Assembly (NCBI RefSeq): GCF_964204645.1
Contig: NW_027437455.1
Coordinates: forward strand, 1 to 64,000
Reading direction: 5' to 3'
DNA: 64,000 nucleotides
DNA from: Tubulanus polymorphus
Taxonomy: Eukaryota > Animalia > Nemertea
Shown here: positions 56,301 to 64,000 of the stretch, piece after piece
Numbering within the stretch: position 1 is the stretch's first letter
How the letters are laid out: each line of letters begins with the position of its first letter
Notes under the pieces: generated by a model
Told to the model about the DNA's origin: nothing
Databases searched by the model: none
What the model saw: the letters and a program-made list of their open reading frames with translations, nothing else
Position numbers and translations under genes: made by a program

Positions 56301-59300
56301 CGCGCTGAACGAACGTTTTCGGGTCGAAAAGTGCTTTTCCTGACGATTTGAGCGCTTTTACGCATCGACATTTTCGTTTTTCGGATAGGGGGAATATTTG
56401 ATACGAAAACGTCTCTTCCCGCGCTGAACGAACGTTTTCGGGTCGAAAAGTGCTTTTCCTGGCGATTTGAGCGCTTTTACGCATCGGCATTTTCGTTTTT
56501 CGGATAGGGGGAATATTTGATACGAAAACGTCTTTTCTCGCGCTGAACGACGTTTTCGCGTCGAAAAGTGCTTTTCCTGACGATTTGAGCGCTTTTACGC
56601 ATCGACATTTTCGTTTTTCGGATAGGGGGAATATTTGATACGAAAACGTCTTTTCTCGCGCTGAACGACGTTTTCGGGTCGAAAAGTGCTTTTCCTGGCG
56701 ATTTGAGCGCTTTTACGCATCGACATTTTCGTTTTTCCGATAGGGGGAATATTTGATACGAAAACGTCTTTTCTCGCGCTGAACGACGTTTTCGCGTCGA
56801 AAAGTGCTTTTCCTGACGATTTGAGCGCTTTTACGCATCGACATTGTCGTTTTTCCGATAGGGGGAATATTTGATACGAAAACGTCTTTTCTCGCGCTGA
56901 ACGACGTTTTCGGGTCGAAAAGTGCTTTTCCCGACGATTTGAGCGCTTTTACGCATCGACATTTTCATTTTTCCGATAGGGGGAATATTTGATACGAAAA
57001 CGTCTCTTCCCGCGCTGAACGAACGTTTTCGGGTCGAAAAGTGCTTTTCCTGACGATTTGAGCGCTTTTACGCATCGACATTTTCGTTTTTTCCGATAGG
57101 GGGAATATTTGATACGAAAACGTCTTTTCTCGCGCTGAACGACGTTTTCGCGTCGAAAAGTGCTTTTCCCGACGATTTGAGCGCTTTTACGCATCGACAT
57201 TGTCGTTTTTCCGATAGGGGGAATATTTGATACGAAAACGTCTTTTCTCGCGCTGAACGACGTTTTCGGGTCGAAAAGTGCTTTTCCCGACGATTTGAGC
57301 GCTTTTACGCATCGACATTGTCGTTTTTCCGATAGGGGGAATATTTGATTCGAAAACGTTTTTTCTCGCGCTGACCGACGTTTTCGCGTCGAAAAGTGCT
57401 TTTCCTGACGATTTGAGCGCTTTTACGCATCGACATTTTAATTTTTCCGATAGGGGGAATATTTGATACGAAAACGTCTCTTCCCGCGCTGAACGAACGT
57501 TTTCGGGTCGAAAAGTGCTTTTCCTGACGACTTGAGCGCTTTTACGCATCGACATTTTCGTTTTTCGGATAGGGGGAATATTTGATACGAAAACGTCTTT
57601 TCTCGCGCTGAACGACGTTTTCGCGTCGAAAAGTGCTTTTCCTGACGATTTGAGCGCTTTTACGCATCGACATTTTCATTTTTCCGATAGGGGGAATATT
57701 TGATACGAAAACGTCTCTTCCCGCGCTGAACGAACGTTTTCGGGTCGAAAAGTGCTTTTCCTGACGATTTGAGCGCTTTTACGCATCGACATTTACGTTT
57801 TTCGGATAGGGGGAATATTTGATACGAAAACGTCTTTTCTCCCGCTGAACGACGTTTTCGCGTCGAAAAGTGCTTTTCCTGACGATTTGAGCGCTTTTAC
57901 GCATCGACATTGTCGTTTTTCCGACAGGGGGAATATTTGATACGAAAACGTCTTTTCTCGCGCTGAACGACGTTTTCGGGTCGAAAAGTGCTTTTCCTGA
58001 CGATTTGAGCGCTTTTACGCATCGACATTGTCGTTTTTCCGATAGGGGGAATATTTGATACGAAAACGTCTTTTCTCGCGCTGAACGACGTTTTCGCGTC
58101 GAAAAGTGCTTTTCCTGACGATTTGAGCGCTTTTACGCATCGACATTGTCGTTTTTCTGATAGGGGGAATATTTGATACGAAAACGTCTTTTCTCGCGCT
58201 GAACGACGTTTTCGCGTCGAAAAGTGCTTTTCCTGACGATTTGAGCGCTTTTACGCATCGACATTTTCATTTTTCCGATAGGGGGAATATTTGATACGAA
58301 AACGTCTTTTCTCGCGCTGAACGACGTTTTCGGGTCGAAAAGTGCTTTTCCTGACGATTTGAGCGCTTTTACGCATCGACATTGTCGTTTTTCCGATAGG
58401 GGGAATATTTGATACGAAAACGTCTTTTCTCGCGCTGAACGACGTTTTCGCGTCGAAAAGTGCTTTTCCTGACGATTTGAGCGCTTTTACGCATCGACAT
58501 TGTCGTTTTTCCGATAGGGGGAATATTTGATACGAAAACGTCTTTTCTCGCGCTGAACGACGTTTTCGGGTCGAAAAGTGCTTTTCCTGACGATTTGAGC
58601 GCTTTTACGCATCGACATTTTCGTTTTTCCGATAGGGGGAATATTTGATACGAAAACGTCTTTTCTCGCGCTGAACGACGTTTTCGCGTCGAAAAGTGCT
58701 TTTCCTGACGATTTGAGCGCTTTTACGCATCGACATTGTCGTTTTTCTGATAGGGGGAATATTTGATACGAAAACGTCTTTTCTCGCGCATAACGACGTT
58801 TTCGGGTCGAAAAGTGCTTTTCCTGACGATTTGAGCGCTTTTACGCATCGACATTGTCGTTTTTCCGATAGGGGGAATATTTGATACGAAAACGTCTTTT
58901 CTCGCGCTGAACGACGTTTTCGCGTCGAAAAGTGCTTTTCCCGACGATTTGAGCGCTTTTACGCATCGACATTTTCATTTTTCCGATAGGGGGAATATTT
59001 GATACAAAAACGTCTCTTCCCGCGCTGAACGAACGTTTTCGGGTCGAAAAGTGATTTTCCTGACGATTTGAGCGCTTTTACGCATCGACATTTTCGTTTT
59101 TCGGATAGGGGGAATATTTGATACGAAAACGTCTTTTCTCGCGCTTAACGACGTTTTCGCGTCGAAAAGTGCTTTTCCTGACGATTTGAGCGCTTTTACG
59201 CATCGACATTTTCATTTTTCCGATAGGGGGAATATTTGATACGAAAACGTCTCTTCTCGCGCTGAACGAACGTTTTCGGGTCGAAAAGTGCTTTTCCTGA

Positions 59301-62300
59301 CGATTTGAGCGCTTTTACGCATCGACATTTTCGTTTTTCGGATAGGGGGAACATTTGATACGAAAACGTCTTTTCTCCCGCTGAACGACGTTTTCGCGTC
59401 GAAAAGTGCTTTTCCTGACGATTTGAGCGCTTTTACGCATCGACATCGTCGTTTTTCCGATAGGGGGAATATTTGATACGAAAACGTCTTTTCTCGCGCT
59501 GAACGACGTTTTCGGGTCGAAAAGTGCTTTTCCTGACGATTTGAGCGCTTTTACGCATCGACATTGTCGTTTTTCCGATAGGGGGAATATTTGATACGAA
59601 AACGTCTTTTCTCGCGCTGAACGACGTTTTCGGGTCGAAAAGTGCTTTTCCTGACGATTTGAGCGCTTTTACGCATCGACATTTTCATTTTTCCGATAGG
59701 GGGAATATTTGATACGAAAACGTCTCTTCCCGCGCTGAACGAATGTTTTCGGGTCGAAAAGTGCTTTTCCTGACGATTTGAGCGCTTTTACGCATCGTCA
59801 TTTTCGTTTTTCGGATAGGGGGAATATTTGATACGAAAACGTCTTTTCTCGCGCTGAACGACGTTTTCGGGTCGAAAAGTGCTTTTCCTGGCGATTTGAG
59901 CGCTTTTACGCATCGACATTTTCGTTTTTCCGATAGGGGGAATATTTGATACGAAAACGTCTTTTCTCGCGCTGAACGACGTTTTCGCGTCGAAAAGTGC
60001 TTTCCTGACGATTTGTGCGATTTTACGCATCGACATTGTCGTTTTTCCGATAGGGGGAATATTTGATACGAAAACGTCTTTTCTCGCGCTGAACGACGTT
60101 TTCGCGTCGAAAAGTGCTTTTCCTGACGATTTGAGCGCTTTTACGCATCGACATTTTCATTTTACCGATAGGGGGATTATTTGATACGAAAACGTCTCTT
60201 CCCGCGCTGAACGAACGTTTTCGGGTCGAAAAGTGCTTTTCCTGACGATTTGAGCGCTTTTACGCATCGACATTTTCGTTTTTCGGATAGGGGGAATATT
60301 TGATACGAAAACGTCTTTTCTCGCGCTGAACGACGTTTTCGCGTCGAAAAGTGCTTTCCTGACGATTTGTGCGATTTTACGCATCGACATTGTCGTTTTT
60401 CCGATAGGGGGAATATTTGATACGAAAACGTCTTTTCTCGCGCTGAACGACGTTTTCGCGTCGAAAAGTGCTTTTCCTGACGATTTGAGCGCTTTTACGC
60501 ATCGACATTGTCGTTTTTCCGATAGGGGGAATATTTGATACGAAAACGTCTTTTCTCGCGCTGAACGACGTTTTCGCGTCGAAAAGTGCTTTTCCTGACG
60601 ATTTGAGCGCTTTTACGCATCGACATTTTCATTTTTCCGATAGGGGGAATATTTGATACGAAAACGTCTTTTCTCGCGCTGAACGACGTTTTCGGGTCGA
60701 AAAGTGCTTTTCCTGACGATTTGAGCGCTTTTACGCATCGACATTGTCGTTTTTCCGATAGGGGGAATATTTGATACGAAAACGTCTTTTCTCGCGCTGA
60801 ACGACGTTTTCGCGTCGAAAAGTGCTTTTCCTGACGATTTGAGCGCTTTTACGCATCGACATTGTCGTTTTTCCGATAGGGGGAATATTTGATACGAAAA
60901 CGTCTTTTCTCGCGCTGAAAGACGTTTTCGGGTCGAAAAGTGCTTTTCCTGACGATTTGAGCGCTTTTACGCATCGACATTTTCGTTTTTCGGATAGGGG
61001 GAATATTTGATACGAAAACGTCTTTTCTCGCGCTAAACGACGTTTTCGCGTCGAAAAGTGCTTTTCCTGACGATTTGAGCGCTTTTACGCATCGACATTG
61101 TCGTTTTTCTGATAGGGGGAATATTTGATACGAAAACGTCTTTTCTCGCGCATAACGACGTTTTCGGGTCGAAAAGTGCTTTTCCTGACGATTTGAGCGC
61201 TTTTACGCATCGACATTGTCGTTTTTCCGATAGGGGGAATATTTGATACGAAAACGTCTTTTCTCGCGCTGAACGACGTTTTCGCGTCGAAAAGTGCTTT
61301 TCCCGACGATTTGAGCGCTTTTACGCATCGACATTTTCATTTTTCCGATAGGGGGAATATTTGATACAAAAACGTCTCTTCCCGCGCTGAACGAACGTTT
61401 TCGGGTCGAAAAGTGCTTTTCCTGACGATTTGAGCGCTTTTACGCATCGACATTTTCGTTTTTCGGATAGGGGGAATATTTGATACGAAAACGTCTTTTC
61501 TCGCGCTTAACGACGTTTTCGCGTCGAAAAGTGCTTTTCCTGACGATTTGAGCGCTTTTACGCATCGACATTTTCATTTTTCCGATAGGGGGAATATTTG
61601 ATACGAAAACGTCTCTTCTCGCGCTGAACGAACGTTTTCGGGTCGAAAAGTGCTTTTCCTGACGATTTGAGCGCTTTTACGCATCGACATTTTCGTTTTT
61701 CGGATAGGGGGAACATTTGATACGAAAACGTCTTTTCTCCCGCTGAACGACGTTTTCGCGTCGAAAAGTGCTTTTCCTGACGATTTGAGCGCTTTTACGC
61801 ATCGACATTGTCGTTTTTCCGATAGGGGGAATATTTGATACGAAAACGTCTTTTCTCGCGCTGAACGACGTTTTCGGGTCGAAAAGTGCTTTTCCTGACG
61901 ATTTGAGCGCTTTTACGCATCGACATTGTCGTTTTTCCGATAGGGGGAATATTTGATACGAAAACGTCTTTTCTCGCGCTGAACGACATTTTCGGGTCGA
62001 AAAGTGCTTTTCCTGACGATTTGAGCGCTTTTACGCATCGACATTTTCATTTTTCCGATAGGGGGAATATTTGATACGAAAACGTCTCTTCCCGCGCTGA
62101 ACGAATGTTTTCGGGTCGAAAAGTGCTTTTCCTGACGATTTGAGCGCTTTTACGCATCGTCATTTTCGTTTTTCGGATAGGGGGAATATTTGATACGAAA
62201 ACGTCTTTTCTCGCGCTGAACGACGTTTTCGGGTCGAAAAGTGCTTTTCCTGGCGATTTGAGCGCTTTTACGCATCGACATTTTCGTTTTTCCGATAGGG

Positions 62301-64000
62301 GGAATATTTGATACGAAAACGTCTTTTCTCGCGCTGAACGACGTTTTCGCGTCGAAAAGTGCTTTCCTGACGATTTGTGCGATTTTACGCATCGACATTG
62401 TCGTTTTTCCGATAGGGGGAATATTTGATACGAAAACGTCTTTTCTCGCGCTGAACGACGTTTTCGCGTCGAAAAGTGCTTTTCCTGACGATTTGAGCGC
62501 TTTTACGCATCGACATTTTCATTTTACCGATAGGGGGATTATTTGATACGAAAACGTCTCTTCCCGCGCTGAACGAACGTTTTCGGGTCGAAAAGTGCTT
62601 TTCCTGACGATTTGAGCGCTTTTACGCATCGACATTTTCGTTTTTCGGATAGGGGGAATATTTGATACGAAAACGTCTTTTCTCGCGCTGAACGACGTTT
62701 TCGCGTCGAAAAGTGCTTTCCTGACGATTTGAGCGCTTTTACGCATCGACATTTTCGTTTTTCGGATAGGGGGAATATTTGATACGAAAACGTCTTTTCT
62801 CGCGCTGAACGACGTTTTCGGGTCGAAAAGTGCTTTTCCTGGCGATTTGAGCGCTTTTACGCATCGACATTTTCGTTTTTCCGATAGGGGGAATATTTGA
62901 TACGAAAACGTCTTTTCTCGCGCTGAACGACGTTTTCGGGTCGAAAAGTGCTTTTCCTGGCGATTTGAGCGCTTTTACGCATCGACATTTTCGTTTTTCC
63001 GATAGGGGGAATATTTGATACGAAAACGTCTTTTCTCGCGCTGAACGACGTTTTCGCGTCGAAAAGTGCTTTCCTGACGATTTGAGCGATTTTACGCATC
63101 GACATTGTCGTTTTTCCGATAGGGGGAATATTTGGTACGAAAACGTCTTTTCTCGCGCTGAACGACGTTTTCGGGTCGAAAAGTGCTTTTCCTGACGATT
63201 TGAGCGCTTTTACGCATCGACATTTTCGTTTTTCCGATAGGGGGAATATTTGATACGAAAACGTCTCTTCCCGCGCTGAACGAATGTTTTCGGGTCGAAA
63301 AGTGCTTTTCCTGACGATTTGAGCGCTTTTACGCATCGTCATTTTCGTTTTTCGGATAGGGGGAATATTTGATACGAAAACGTCTTTTCTCGCGCTGAAC
63401 GACGTTTTCGGGTCGAAAAGTGCTTTTCCTGACGATTTGAGCGCTTTTACGCATCGACATTGTCGTTTTTCCGATAGGGGGAATATTTAATACGAAAACG
63501 TCTTTTCTCGCGCTGAACGACGTTTTCGGGTCGAAAAGTGCTTTTCCCAACGATTTGAGCGCTTTTACGCATCGACATTGTCGTTTTTCCGATAGGGGGA
63601 ATATTTGATACGAAAACGTCTTTTCTCGCGCTGAACGACGTTTTCGGGTCGAAAAGTGCTTTTCCCGACGATTTGAGCGCTTTTACGCATCGACATTGTC
63701 GTTTTTCCGATAGGGGGAATATTTGATACGAAAACGTCTTTTCTCGCGCTGAACGACGTTTTCGGGTCGAAAAGTGCTTTTCCCGACGATTTGAGCGCTT
63801 TTACGCATCGACATTGTCGTTTTTCCGATAGGGGGAATATTTGATACGAAAACGTCTTTTCTCGCGCTGAACGACGTTTTCGCGTCGAAAAGTGCTTTTC
63901 CTGACGATTTGAGCGCTTTTACGCATCGACATTGTCGTTTTTCCGATAGGGGGAATATTTGATACGAAAACGTCTTTTCTCGCGCTGAACGACGTTTTCG
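50314..64000 (-). repeat. 118-bp satellite array, reverse orientation (~116 monomers, open at window end)
   Basis: Resumes in exact register after the TSD (GACATT GTCGTTTTTCCG). A 2362-bp (20-monomer) duplication is visible at 59788/62150 and 60157/62519. Confidence 0.99.

Noticed and set aside
258-63550. Dozens of MSMRKSAQIVRK... ORFs in the ORF track
   Set aside because: Translations of the 118-bp satellite (not a multiple of 3); ORF lengths depend on random indels; no evidence of coding function.

Overview
Eukaryotic (probably invertebrate) heterochromatin-like window. Most of it is a CpG-rich 118-bp tandem satellite, running on the + strand at 1-14074 and on the - strand at 20349-64000. 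The orientation switch is a 6.2-kb AT-rich non-coding island bounded by diverged ~330-bp inverted repeats (one end TA-CAGTG) and dotted with ultra-short hairpin insertions. An 18,394-bp Polinton/Maverick (adintovirus-like endogenous virus, 31920-50313) is inserted cleanly into one satellite monomer, with a 6-bp target-site duplication (TSD) GACATT and 463-bp terminal inverted repeats (TIRs). It encodes protein-primed PolB, an rve integrase with a chromodomain, a packaging ATPase, major and minor capsid proteins, an HNH nuclease and several membrane proteins; no adenain-type protease was recognised. Most notable: (i) 14 of 16 genes start in TAAATG and seven consecutive virion-block genes have a fixed T-run/~6 nt/TAAATG layout matching poxvirus late promoters, suggesting a virophage-like dependence on a poxvirus-type helper; (ii) each TIR begins with a 269-bp self-palindrome with bubbles. 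All ORFs called inside the satellite are spurious. Protein calls rest on motif recognition by eye, not database searches.
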